Source: Dehalobacter sp. CP (GTDB lineage: Bacteria > Bacillota > Desulfitobacteriia > Desulfitobacteriales > Syntrophobotulaceae). From it: a stretch of 24,000 bases of DNA. Position numbers and translations under genes: made by a program. Each line of letters starts with the position of its first letter. Position 1 is the first letter of the stretch. The notes under the pieces were generated by a model. It did not search any database. It was not told the DNA's origin and saw only the letters and a program-made list of their open reading frames with translations. The DNA lies in assembly GCF_047652685.1 (NCBI RefSeq), contig NZ_CP157399.1:1174916-1198915 (forward strand). The letters are read 5' to 3'. Of the stretch, positions 1 through 8,538 are shown piece after piece.

Positions 1-1
1 T

Positions 2-175
2 CTTAAAATCGTGGGAGTAGCCTATTTGGCGGAATTGGGAGGCCAAATCTGCCGGGATGCCGGAGAGAATGCACTGGCCACAAAAGTTGAAATTGCAGCC
101 AAAGTATTCGTGGTCATTTTGGCTATCCCAATCATTGCAGCGATCATGGAATCCGTGATGAAGCTGCTGGCGTGA
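2..175 (+). CDS. spoIIIAD: Stage III sporulation protein AD, C-terminal part (truncated by window start)
   Basis: Open frame from base 2 to TGA 173-175 reads LKIVGVAYLAELGGQICRDAGENALATKVEIAAKVFVVILAIPIIAAIMESVMKLLA, typical of the SpoIIIAC/AD C-terminus, directly upstream of spoIIIAE. Confidence 0.85.
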   Translation, partial: LKIVGVAYLAELGGQICRDAGENALATKVEIAAKVFVVILAIPIIAAIMESVMKLLA

Positions 176-187
176 GGAGCGATACGG

Positions 188-1432
188 ATGACAAAAAAAG
201 TCTTGGCTACGCTGGGGCTTGCCATATGGATGACCCTGGTATTTGCTTTTCCAGTGGTGACCCTGGCGGCAGAAAGTCAGGAGACGAGTTACACAGGGAC
301 GGAGGCGGATAAACGATTTGCGGAAGCAGAGAATTCCGGGGAGATGGGCGTGTCCGAAAAAGTAGATTTGTCCGAAGAGATAGATTTATCTAAAGTCAGA
401 GAATTTTTGAATCAACTGGACCGCGATGTTCAGGACTCTCTGCCTGATTTTTCTTTAACAGAGATCTTTGAAAGTATTAAAAACGGCGAGGCTAATTTTA
501 GTCTGCAGGGCATCGGCAGCAGCATTGTCAAGGCTCTGCTGAAACAGGTAGTCACCAACGCGCCTTTGATTGCAAAGCTGCTGGTGCTCGCTGTGATCTG
601 CGCAATCATCAATCAACTGCAGTCTGCTTTTACAGGCGAAGTAAGCAGGATAGCCCGAATGCTCGTATATCTTGTCCTGTTGGCGCTTGCAATGACATCC
701 TTTCGTATTGCGCTGGACGTCGGCAATGCGTCCATTGACAATATGGTTTCTTTTATGCAGATCATCCTCCCGGCCATGTATACCGTCCTGCTGACCATGG
801 GCAGTCTGACCAGCGCAGCCTTGTTTAAACCGATGGTCATCGGCAGTCTGATCTTTTTGGCTACGGTAATCAAAAACATTGTGTTGCCGCTTTTTTTCCT
901 GAGCATTATCCTGAGGCTGTTCAATAACATTTCCGAACAGTTCAAGCTCAGTAAATTAGCCTCTCTGCTGGAGTTCGGAGGTAAACTCAGTATTGGTATC
1001 GTCATGACGGTTTTTATCGGCATTATGTCGGTACAAGGCGTAACAGGGGGCGTAGCCGACGGGGTCACGCTGAGGACGGTAAAATATGCAGCAGATTTGA
1101 TCCCGGTTGCCGGCAAATTTTTCAAAGACGCTGTTGAGATCGTGGCAAGCTCAGGTCTCTTGCTTAAGAACGCGCTGGGGATCGTGGCAATGATTGCGAT
1201 TATCGTCATTACCTTTCTGCCGGCGATTAAGATTATCGCGATGATGTTTACTTTTAAACTGGCTGCGGCACTGGTCGAACCTCTGGGAGAAAAAGAACTT
1301 GCGGATAGTCTACAGGACATGTCCAAAGGCTTATTATATATTTTTGTAACCGTTACATCCGTCGGTATCATGTTTTTTATGACGATCGTGATCATTGTCG
1401 GGACTGGAAATTTGGCGGTAATGCTTCGCTGA
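188..1432 (+). CDS. spoIIIAE: Stage III sporulation protein AE
   Basis: 414-aa ORF with signal peptide and multiple TM segments; position in the spoIIIA operon; Shine-Dalgarno-like GAGGAG upstream. Confidence 0.93.
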   Translation: MTKKVLATLGLAIWMTLVFAFPVVTLAAESQETSYTGTEADKRFAEAENSGEMGVSEKVDLSEEIDLSKVREFLNQLDRDVQDSLPDFSLTEIFESIKNGEANFSLQGIGSSIVKALLKQVVTNAPLIAKLLVLAVICAIINQLQSAFTGEVSRIARMLVYLVLLALAMTSFRIALDVGNASIDNMVSFMQIILPAMYTVLLTMGSLTSAALFKPMVIGSLIFLATVIKNIVLPLFFLSIILRLFNNISEQFKLSKLASLLEFGGKLSIGIVMTVFIGIMSVQGVTGGVADGVTLRTVKYAADLIPVAGKFFKDAVEIVASSGLLLKNALGIVAMIAIIVITFLPAIKIIAMMFTFKLAAALVEPLGEKELADSLQDMSKGLLYIFVTVTSVGIMFFMTIVIIVGTGNLAVMLR

Positions 1433-1449
1433 TTTTGAGGTGTGGGAAA

Positions 1450-2067
1450 ATGGAAGGATTAAAGACGCTGATTCGCAACCTGGCTTTCATTCTATTGCTG
1501 GCCTCCTTTCTCGAGATGCTTCTGCCGAATAAATCCATGCGGGGATTTGTGCAGATGGTCATGGGGCTGTTTGTGATTGCGGCAATCCTGAATCCGTTGG
1601 CAGATCTACTGAACTGGGACTTTGAAAATAGCGTGCCGGCCTGGGCCGGCAGTTCTTCCGGAGACTTGCCTGTTCTGGCACAGGAAAATAGTTCTGACGG
1701 AGAAGACAATTCTTCCACGGAAGCAAATGCTCTGGTGATCGAACAATACCGCAGGATTCTGGTTAACCAGATTCAGGCCCTTGTATCCGGAGTGGAAGGG
1801 GTCAAAAGCTCGGATACGAATGTTGAACTGGAGGACGGGGGAGAGGGATTTGCCGACTATCCGCAAATCCAAAAAGTCGAGATCCATTTCAGTCAGCAAA
1901 TTGTCAGCATTGAGCCTGTTAAGCCGGTCATTATCGGAGGCGTCAACACAGACCAGGCCGAGGACCAGGGAACGGCTGAGTCAGCGAAAGCAATGGAAAT
2001 AAAAAAACAGGTTGCAGCACTCATGCAGCTGCCGGAAGAAATCGTGTTTGTGCAGGAAGAAAAATAG
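1450..2067 (+). CDS. spoIIIAF: Stage III sporulation protein AF
   Basis: ORF between spoIIIAE and AG; N-terminal TM pair, LIRNLAFILLLASFLEMLLPNKSMRGFVQMVMGLFVIAAIL. ATG at 1450 preferred over the upstream TTG because of GAGGTG at about 1437. Confidence 0.88.
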   Translation: MEGLKTLIRNLAFILLLASFLEMLLPNKSMRGFVQMVMGLFVIAAILNPLADLLNWDFENSVPAWAGSSSGDLPVLAQENSSDGEDNSSTEANALVIEQYRRILVNQIQALVSGVEGVKSSDTNVELEDGGEGFADYPQIQKVEIHFSQQIVSIEPVKPVIIGGVNTDQAEDQGTAESAKAMEIKKQVAALMQLPEEIVFVQEEK

Positions 2068-2083
2068 GAGGAAGGAAGTCAGT

Positions 2084-2641
2084 ATGGGATTTTTCAAGCA
2101 GGTGATCACAGAAAAGATTACGTTGGCCGTGATCTTGCTGGTAATCGTCGCAGCCATTCTTATTTTTACCTCACAGGAGGATCAGCCCGCTGCATCAGTC
2201 CAATCCCCGGCTGAAACGGTAACAGCCGTTCCAGAAAATGAATCGGGTTTTACTGCATTGGAAAAACAACTTGAAGAAAAACTTGCAGCCAATCTGGAAA
2301 AAATTCAGGGCGTTGGCAAAACGAAGGTCCTAGTTACCCTGACCTCCGATGTAAAGAAACAGTATGCCAGGGATGAAAGCGTTACGAAAAAAACTTCCAA
2401 GGAAACGGATAAAGACGGCGGAACCAGAGAAACGGAAGAGGTAACTCAGAATAACAAGATCGTGGTCGTCGGCGAAAATGCTTTAATCATTACGGAGGAG
2501 CGTCCACAGGTCGCGGGAGTATTGGTTATCGCGCAGGGAGCAAGTGATCCCAAAATAAAGGAACAAGTATTTGAAGCGGTCAGGACGTTGTTGAATATTG
2601 AACCGGCCAAAATCAGTGTTGTTCCAATGGGGGGCGTCTGA
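2084..2641 (+). CDS. spoIIIAG: Stage III sporulation protein AG
   Basis: MGFFKQVITEKITLAVILLVIVAAILIFTS N-terminal TM plus conserved GVGKTKVLVTLTSD... and LLNIEPAKISVVPM; AGGAGG upstream of ATG 2084. Confidence 0.9.
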   Translation: MGFFKQVITEKITLAVILLVIVAAILIFTSQEDQPAASVQSPAETVTAVPENESGFTALEKQLEEKLAANLEKIQGVGKTKVLVTLTSDVKKQYARDESVTKKTSKETDKDGGTRETEEVTQNNKIVVVGENALIITEERPQVAGVLVIAQGASDPKIKEQVFEAVRTLLNIEPAKISVVPMGGV

Positions 2642-2642
2642 A

Positions 2643-3185
2643 TTGAACCTGAAAATAAAAGCATCCTTGATCTGGATCACCGTGATTCCGGCCATCGCGG
2701 TATGCTCCATTGTTTGGCTCAGCCAAGCATGTTTTGGGCAGCAAAAGGAAGAAGGCTTGCCGGTCAATATCCCGGATTCCGTTTGTTTCTCAGCAGAAAT
2801 AATTGAACTGACGGAAAATGAGGGGGAAAACTACTTTGTTAATTATAGGATCAAACGGGAGCAGACCAGACAGGAAACACTTAACATGCTGGAGCCTTTG
2901 CTGGCGTCCGATATCACGGAGACACGCAGTCAGGCGCAGCAGCGCTGGCTGGCCTTAAGCGACAAGATCAGCAGGGAAGCCGAAATTGAGAATGTGCTGA
3001 AAATGAAAGGTTTTACAGATATTGTTTCGGAAGTCAACACGCAAAAGGCCACGGTTACAGTCCTGGCAAATCAATTAAAAGTTCAGGACATGTTTATTAT
3101 CCAAAACACAGTATCGGAAATTACCGGTTTTTCAGTTGATCAAATCGAAGTAGCAGTCGTCAAAGACACGTCGGAAAAAATCTGA
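2643..3185 (+). CDS. spoIIIAH: Stage III sporulation protein AH-like
   Basis: ORF after spoIIIAG with one N-terminal TM and a YscJ/FliF-like C-terminus (VLKMKGFTDIVSEVNTQKATVTVLANQLKVQDMFIIQNTVSEITGFSVDQIEVAV). Start inferred as TTG 2643 behind a GGGGGG tract. Confidence 0.85.
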   Translation: MNLKIKASLIWITVIPAIAVCSIVWLSQACFGQQKEEGLPVNIPDSVCFSAEIIELTENEGENYFVNYRIKREQTRQETLNMLEPLLASDITETRSQAQQRWLALSDKISREAEIENVLKMKGFTDIVSEVNTQKATVTVLANQLKVQDMFIIQNTVSEITGFSVDQIEVAVVKDTSEKI

Positions 3186-3329
3186 TAATCGGGTCCGGTG
3201 GAAAATGTTCCATATTTGCGTTATTCAGGAATGAAATTTATGTTAATAAGGCAGGGGGATTTGCGGCAACGGGGGATTCTGTTATAATAAAAATAATAAC
3301 AGGTTGAAGATGGAAAATGAGGTGCGATA

Positions 3330-3767
3330 ATGGATAATAACAAAATAGATCATTCAATCGGTTCAGTCAAAATTGCTGATGAGGTCGTTGAAGTGATTGC
3401 CGGAATGGCAGCTTCGGAAGTTGAAGGAGTCGCTGAGTTAAGCGGAGGTTTCGCCCAGGATATCGCCAATATTTTAGGCCGGGGCAAAAATTCATCCAAA
3501 GGTTCCAGGGGCATCAAAGTTGAAATTGACGAAAAAGAAGCTTCCGTGGATTTGTTTATTGCCGTCCAGTACGGGGTGTCAATTCCTGATGTAGCCCAGA
3601 AGGTACAGATCGTTGTGAAAGAAGCGATTGAAGGGATGACTGGATTAACCGTCATGGTCATCAACGTTCATATTCAAGGCATCGCGTTCAAAAACACGGC
3701 TGAGATCAAGGACGTCAAAGACAGCAAAGATAAAACGAATAAAGAAAAAGATTTGAAAGAAAAATAG
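3330..3767 (+). CDS. Asp23/Gls24 family envelope stress response protein
   Basis: Contains GSVKIADEVVEVIAGMAASEVEGVAELSGG...VSIPDVAQKVQIVVKEAIEGMTGLTVMVINVHIQGIAF, typical Asp23 signature. Confidence 0.93.
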   Translation: MDNNKIDHSIGSVKIADEVVEVIAGMAASEVEGVAELSGGFAQDIANILGRGKNSSKGSRGIKVEIDEKEASVDLFIAVQYGVSIPDVAQKVQIVVKEAIEGMTGLTVMVINVHIQGIAFKNTAEIKDVKDSKDKTNKEKDLKEK

Positions 3768-3789
3768 AACAGTGCAGCAGGGTGGAGAG

Positions 3790-4059
3790 ATGAGCAATTT
3801 CTGGAGAAATATCGGGGATAAACTCAATATTTTTTTTCTATGGTGTCTTGATAATCATCCTGGTAAATTTTTTGGTTTTTTGATTGGTTTTTTTGTGGCT
3901 TTGATGTTTATTTTGCTGGGATTTTGGCAGACACTGCTTTTAGCTGCCTTATCCTGCGGGGGATATTACTTGGGAAAATGCTGGGATGATGGGGTTTGGC
4001 CTACCGGACTGAGCAAAGTAATACATAGAATACCTTTTTGGGGCAAACATAAAACGTAG
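3790..4059 (+). CDS. DUF2273-like small membrane protein
   Basis: Small ORF with one long hydrophobic stretch (GFLIGFFVALMFILLGFWQTLLLAALSCGGYYLGKCWD) between asp23-like and nusB, where DUF2273 proteins are usual. ATG 3790 after GGTGGAGAG. Confidence 0.75.
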   Translation: MSNFWRNIGDKLNIFFLWCLDNHPGKFFGFLIGFFVALMFILLGFWQTLLLAALSCGGYYLGKCWDDGVWPTGLSKVIHRIPFWGKHKT

Positions 4060-4079
4060 AATGAAATTCCGGAGGCATA

Positions 4080-4505
4080 TTGATGAGTAAAATAATGGGC
4101 CGAAGAAAGGCCCGCGAAACGGCACTGCAAATACTTTATCAAATTGATATAACGGGAGAAACGGACAAGCGGGAACAAGTCCTGCAGCATTGGATCCAGG
4201 AATTTGCCGTCTCTGATAAGACGGCAGATTTTATTAGGGAACTGGTTGAAGGAACCCTGCAGAACAAAACGGATATTGATGCCAAGCTTGCTTCGACTTC
4301 CCACGAATGGGCTCTGGACAGGATGGGCAATGTGGACCGCAATCTGATGCGGCTTGCTGCCTATGAAATGCTGTACAGCCCCGGCACGCCCCAGCGGGTC
4401 ACTTTAAATGAAGCGATTGAGATTGCCAAAAGGTTCGGCGGGGATGATTCAGCAAAATTCATTAACGGTATTTTAGACAAGCTGATGGACGAGAGTGAAA
4501 AATGA
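4080..4505 (+). CDS. nusB: Transcription antitermination factor NusB
   Basis: GRRKARETALQILYQIDITG...NLMRLAAYEMLY...VTLNEAIEIAKRFGGDDSAKFINGILDKLM. Confidence 0.96.
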   Translation: MMSKIMGRRKARETALQILYQIDITGETDKREQVLQHWIQEFAVSDKTADFIRELVEGTLQNKTDIDAKLASTSHEWALDRMGNVDRNLMRLAAYEMLYSPGTPQRVTLNEAIEIAKRFGGDDSAKFINGILDKLMDESEK

Positions 4506-5455
4506 TGTTCTTAGGTCTTGATACAAGCGCATACACGACATCCGTCGCCGTGGTGAATCAAGAAAAGCATCTGGTCTGGGAAAAAAGACACCTACTCGAA
4601 GTTCCTCAGGGAGAGAAAGGGTTGGCCCAGTCGGAAGCTCTTTTTAATCATATTAAAAATCTTCCGGAACTACTGGCCCTGGTTCCGCCAACGATATGGC
4701 CGGAAATTGCCGGCATTGGCGTCAGTACGGCGCCTCGTCCGGCAGAGCAATCCTATATGCCGGTCTTTCTGGCAGGAAGGTCGGTTGCTTCATCTCTGGC
4801 CAGCGCTTTAAATGTAAAGCTTGTAACGACGAGTCATCAGGAAGGACATCTGGCTGCAGGATTGGAATCCGCCGAAGGTTTTGCTTTGACGGATTTTTTG
4901 GCTGTCCACCTTTCGGGAGGAACAACGGAAGTATTGAAAGTCCGGAAGGATTCTCCCGGAAAACTAAGTTTGCAGATTCTTGGCGGAAGCAGTGATCTGC
5001 ATGCCGGTCAATTTGTAGACAGAGTCGGCGTGCGTCTGGGGCTGCCTTTCCCGGCGGGAAAGGAGCTGGAAAAACTGGCTTTAAAATCAGCGCCTGGATC
5101 TGCTTCTCTGCTGCCTTCCTCGGTCAAAGGATATGAGATGAGTTTCTCGGGCGTCGAGTCGGCAGTTCAGCGTCTGATCGAAGAAAAAAAACGTTCGGCT
5201 GATCTGGCCCGGGCGGTGGAAGGCTGTATTGTCCGGACGATTTATAAGGTCTTGACCAAAGCTGTTGACGATACCGGACTCAGAGATATTCTGATTGTTG
5301 GCGGAGTAGCCTCAAATCAATATCTAAGGAATCAGCTTGAAAAGAAGCTGGAACCTCAGGCCAGATTATTTTGGGCAAAGCCGGGATGGAGTTCAGATAA
5401 TTCGATTGGGGTCGCACTTCTGACGCGGGAAGCGGTGTTGTCGGACAATCAGTAA
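4502..5455 (+). CDS. TsaD/Kae1-like (peptidase M22 family) paralog, probably non-canonical
   Basis: GLDTSAYTTSVAVV, HQEGHLAAGL, LSGGTTEVL, FSGVESAVQRL, VGGVASNQYLR and DNSIGVAL align with TsaD-family motifs, but several catalytic-region motifs are altered. Overlaps the nusB stop (ATGA). Confidence 0.8.
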   Translation: MMFLGLDTSAYTTSVAVVNQEKHLVWEKRHLLEVPQGEKGLAQSEALFNHIKNLPELLALVPPTIWPEIAGIGVSTAPRPAEQSYMPVFLAGRSVASSLASALNVKLVTTSHQEGHLAAGLESAEGFALTDFLAVHLSGGTTEVLKVRKDSPGKLSLQILGGSSDLHAGQFVDRVGVRLGLPFPAGKELEKLALKSAPGSASLLPSSVKGYEMSFSGVESAVQRLIEEKKRSADLARAVEGCIVRTIYKVLTKAVDDTGLRDILIVGGVASNQYLRNQLEKKLEPQARLFWAKPGWSSDNSIGVALLTREAVLSDNQ

Positions 5456-5708
5456 TTGTTTTTATCTTCTACAAAGAGATTTAGAAAAAATCTAAAAATA
5501 TGATATAAAATGAGTTTTTTTGAGCTCTAAGGACATTTTACAATGAAAAGACTTGATTTCGGAGCAAAAGTTCATTTATAATAAACAAGGTAAAGTATCA
5601 AATACGTGTTACTGTGCCAAACATAGATGTATATACTTGTATAGCTTGGAAAAGGGGACCATTCATCCGTTTGGTCGGTACAACGAATAATCCTGAGGGG
5701 GAGACAAC

Positions 5709-6551
5709 GTGTATAAGGTAGTCAAAAGAAGGCAGTTGGCAGACATTATTACACTGCTGGAAGTAGAAGCTCCGGAAGTCGCCAAGAAAGCCCAACCCGG
5801 CGAATTTGTCATTGTTCGCCAAAATGAGGAATCTGAAAGGATCCCTTTGACCATCATGGACTTTAATCGGGATAAAGGGACAATCACCATCGTCATCCAG
5901 GAGGTAGGCTATTCATCCAATCTGATTACCCGGATGCAGGAAGGTGATTCTTTTGTTACATTTGTAGGACCGCTCGGACAAGCCACCGAAATGGAGAATT
6001 ACGGTACGGTTCTGTGCATTGGCGGCGGCGTGGGTATTGCGCCGGTTCATCCGATTGCGCGCGGCCTGAAAGAAGCAGGGAATAAGGTCATCTCCATTCT
6101 CGGAGCAAGAACTAAAGACCTGCTGATCCTCGAAGACGAAATGCGGGCCGTAAGTAATGAAGTCGTCATTACAACCGATGACGGCACTTATGGCATGAAA
6201 GGTTTTGTCACGCACGGCATCCAGTCCGTTTTGGACCAGGGTATCAAAGTTGATGCGATCTGGGCGATTGGTCCGGTCGTTATGATGAAATCCGTAGCGA
6301 ATTTTACCAGACCTCTTGGCATCAAGACCATCGTCAGTATGAATCCTGTCATGGTCGACGGAACAGGAATGTGCGGTGCCTGCAGACTCGATGTCGGCGG
6401 CGAAACCAAATTTGCCTGTGTTGACGGGCCGGAATTTGACGGCCACAAGGTAGATTTTGACCTGGCCATGAAACGTTCGGCCTTCTTTAAAAATGAAGAA
6501 GCTGTCGCTTACGGTAAAGTCAAGTGCCAGTGTGCAAAGGAGGGCAAATAA
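5709..6551 (+). CDS. nfnA: NfnA/SudB-type FAD/NAD(P)-binding subunit (ferredoxin-NADP+ oxidoreductase, small subunit)
   Basis: GEFVIVRQNEESERIPLTI; GGGVGIAPVHPIARGLKEAG; cysteine cluster GMCGACRLDVGGETKFACVDGPEFDGHKVDF; paired with NfnB-like ORF. GTG start. Confidence 0.85.
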   Translation: MYKVVKRRQLADIITLLEVEAPEVAKKAQPGEFVIVRQNEESERIPLTIMDFNRDKGTITIVIQEVGYSSNLITRMQEGDSFVTFVGPLGQATEMENYGTVLCIGGGVGIAPVHPIARGLKEAGNKVISILGARTKDLLILEDEMRAVSNEVVITTDDGTYGMKGFVTHGIQSVLDQGIKVDAIWAIGPVVMMKSVANFTRPLGIKTIVSMNPVMVDGTGMCGACRLDVGGETKFACVDGPEFDGHKVDFDLAMKRSAFFKNEEAVAYGKVKCQCAKEGK

Positions 6552-6553
6552 TC

Positions 6554-7942
6554 ATGGCATCAAAAGCACCACGACATGATATGCCCTGTCAGGATCCAAT
6601 CGTCCGGGGGAAAAATTTCAGCGAAGTTGCGCTGGGATACACGGTAGAGACCGCTGCGGAAGAGGCCAAACGCTGCATTCAGTGCAAAAAGCCAAAATGT
6701 GTGGAAGGCTGCCCGGTAGGGGTAGATATTCCCCAGTTTATCAATAAAATAGCCGAGGGTGAACACCTCGAAGCCGCGTCCATCTTAAAAGGCAAAAATA
6801 CCTTGCCGGCAATTTGCGGACGTGTCTGCCCGCAGGAATCCCAGTGTGAAGCCCAGTGTATCCTTGGCGTCAAAGGCGAACCGGTTGCAATCGGCCGTTT
6901 GGAGCGCTTTGCAGCAGATTACGAAATGGCCAATGGCACAAGCAAATTAGAAAAAGCAACACCGTCAGGCAAAAAGGTAGCCGTGATTGGTGCTGGTCCT
7001 GCGGGACTGACCTGTGCGGCTGAGCTCGCCCGCAAAGGCCATGCTGTAACTGTTCTGGAAGCCTTGCATGTGGCCGGCGGCGTACTGATGTACGGAATTC
7101 CTGAATTCCGTCTGCCGAAAGCCATTGTTCAGAAAGAAATCAACAGCTTAAAAGATATGGGCGTCGAAATCCTGGTTAACCAAGTCGTTGGCAAAGTCAC
7201 CTCTGTCCAGGAACTGCTGGCAAACGGCTATGATGCCGTATTTATCGGCACCGGCGCCGGGCTGCCATACTTTATGAAGATTCCGGGTGAAAACTACAAC
7301 GGCGTATATTCCGCCAATGAGTTCCTGACCCGGTCGAATCTGATGAAAGCCTATGATTTCCCGAATCATGCGACCCCGATCAAAGTGGGAGAGCAGGTCG
7401 CGGTACTTGGCGGCGGCAACGTGGCCATGGACGCAGCCAGAACAGCGCTTCGTCTCGGTGCCAAAGACGTTTACATCGTTTATCGCCGTTCCATGACCGA
7501 ATTGCCGGCGCGTGTTGAGGAAGTGCATCACGCTGAGGAAGAAGGCATTCAATTTAAGATATTGACCAATCCGATTGCGATCAATGGTGACGAAAACGGT
7601 AATGTCAAGAGCATGACCTGTCTGAAATATGAGCTGGGTGAGCCGGATGCATCCGGACGCCGCCGTCCGGTAGCGATTGAAGGTTCCGAGTTTGAGCTGC
7701 CGGTGCAGACCGTCGTAGTCTCGATCGGCCAGGGACCGAATCCGCTCGTGACCACCACGACAGCAGGTTTGGAACTGAACAAGTGGGGCAACATCGTTGC
7801 CGATGAGACGACCATGGCGACCTCGATTCCGGGTGTGTATGCCGGCGGAGACATCGTGACCGGCGCAGCCACTGTCATTCTCGCAATGGGCGCTGGAAAA
7901 ACGGCTGCAGCTTCGATCGACGCGCATTTAATGACAAACTAG
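6554..7942 (+). CDS. nfnB: NfnB/GltD-like NADPH-dependent flavoprotein subunit
   Basis: CIQCKKPKCVEGCPVGVDIPQFI; CGRVCPQESQCEAQCI; AVIGAGPAGLTCAAELARKGHAVTVLEA; AVLGGGNVAMDAART; VYAGGDIVTGAATVILAMGAGKTAA. Directly follows nfnA. Confidence 0.88.
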   Translation: MASKAPRHDMPCQDPIVRGKNFSEVALGYTVETAAEEAKRCIQCKKPKCVEGCPVGVDIPQFINKIAEGEHLEAASILKGKNTLPAICGRVCPQESQCEAQCILGVKGEPVAIGRLERFAADYEMANGTSKLEKATPSGKKVAVIGAGPAGLTCAAELARKGHAVTVLEALHVAGGVLMYGIPEFRLPKAIVQKEINSLKDMGVEILVNQVVGKVTSVQELLANGYDAVFIGTGAGLPYFMKIPGENYNGVYSANEFLTRSNLMKAYDFPNHATPIKVGEQVAVLGGGNVAMDAARTALRLGAKDVYIVYRRSMTELPARVEEVHHAEEEGIQFKILTNPIAINGDENGNVKSMTCLKYELGEPDASGRRRPVAIEGSEFELPVQTVVVSIGQGPNPLVTTTTAGLELNKWGNIVADETTMATSIPGVYAGGDIVTGAATVILAMGAGKTAAASIDAHLMTN

Positions 7943-7990
7943 TTGACTGTAACGCAACTTAGCCCTAAATAAAAGACGTCAATGTATAAT

Positions 7991-8036
7991 GTGCACCCCA
8001 AATGTTGGACAAAAAAATCAACATTTGGAGGTGCAC
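7991..8036 (+). repeat. Near-perfect 17-bp inverted repeat (hairpin) spanning the transposase ribosome-binding site
   Basis: GTGCACCCCAAATGTTG (7991-8007) / CAACATTTGGAGGTGCAC (8019-8036), one bulged A, 11-nt loop; the right arm contains the GGAGG upstream of ATG 8043. Confidence 0.85.
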
Positions 8037-8042
8037 TTTTCT

Positions 8043-8297
8043 ATGGCAAAATATTCTTATAAACAACGTCTGGAAGCAGTAATGAAAGTAACCGAAAAAC
8101 ACATGTCATGTAAAGCTGTTGGGAGATTACTCGGATGCGGAGATACACATGTACGACGCTGGGTAAAACGGTATGAAAACTTTGGAGTTGAGGGGTTAAT
8201 ACGAAAACCCAGAATTTCACCTATGATCATGAAAACGATGAATATATTGCTTAGCACCATCCAAAAAATTGTAAAAAATTTTAAAACTATCACGTAA
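8043..8297 (+). pseudogene. Truncated IS3/IS150 OrfA-type HTH transposase fragment
   Basis: MAKYSYKQRLEAVMKVTEKHMSCKAVGRLLGCGDTHVRRWVKRYENFGVEGLIRKPR is a helix-turn-helix OrfA start; after about 54 aa the reading frame loses similarity and stops. Confidence 0.65.
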
Positions 8298-8302
8298 AGT
8301 AC

Positions 8303-8331
8303 TTGTATACTCATGTGATTTGTGATATATT
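8303..8331 (+). promoter_or_regulatory. Candidate sigma-A promoter
   Basis: TTGTAT (8303-8308), 17-nt spacer, TATATT (8326-8331). Confidence 0.45.
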
Positions 8332-8423
8332 ATACATGTCGGACGGTGGTATGACCACCTGATAAGTTACAATAGGATGAACGAGAATTTTATTTAATTT
8401 GGTGTCCAAAAAATTATTATAGA

Positions 8424-8456
8424 AAATGACCGGTACGTGTTCAGCCGGTCATTTTT
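8424..8456 (+). terminator. Rho-independent terminator
   Basis: AATGACCGG-loop-CCGGTCATT followed by a T run (CCGGTCATTTTTC); 9-bp stem. Confidence 0.8.
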
Positions 8457-8508
8457 CATTAATGTTTGACTTATGCCTGATTAGAGAGTATATTTTTTAT
8501 AGGCTTCG

Positions 8509-8538
8509 AAAGACTTTTGAAACATTAGAGTCTTTTTT
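8509..8538 (+). terminator. Weak terminator/attenuator-like hairpin upstream of corA
   Basis: AAAGACT (8509-8515) / AGTCTTT (8529-8535) followed by a T run. Confidence 0.4.

Larger units (their letters stand above)
7983..8297 (+). mobile_element. Remnant of an IS3-family (IS150-like) insertion sequence: probable left end plus truncated OrfA
   Basis: TGTATAATGTGCACCCCAAATGTTGGAC resembles an IS3-family left end, immediately followed by an HTH transposase N-terminus; no OrfB/DDE ORF follows. Confidence 0.6.

Noticed and set aside
613-1395. 260-aa minus-strand ORF antisense to spoIIIAE
   Set aside because: Fully overlaps a well-supported CDS and has no motif; shadow ORF.
5456-5708. Possible riboswitch or Rex operator upstream of nfnAB
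   Set aside because: The gap is long and AT-rich, but I found only a 4-bp hairpin (GACC/GGTC) and no match to a Rex-type palindrome or known leader consensus.
5598-5822. 74-aa minus-strand ORF upstream of nfnA
   Set aside because: Overlaps the nfnA start, no ribosome-binding site or domain evidence.
7148-7927. 259-aa minus-strand ORF antisense to nfnB
   Set aside because: Fully overlaps the NfnB-like CDS, no recognisable domain; shadow ORF.
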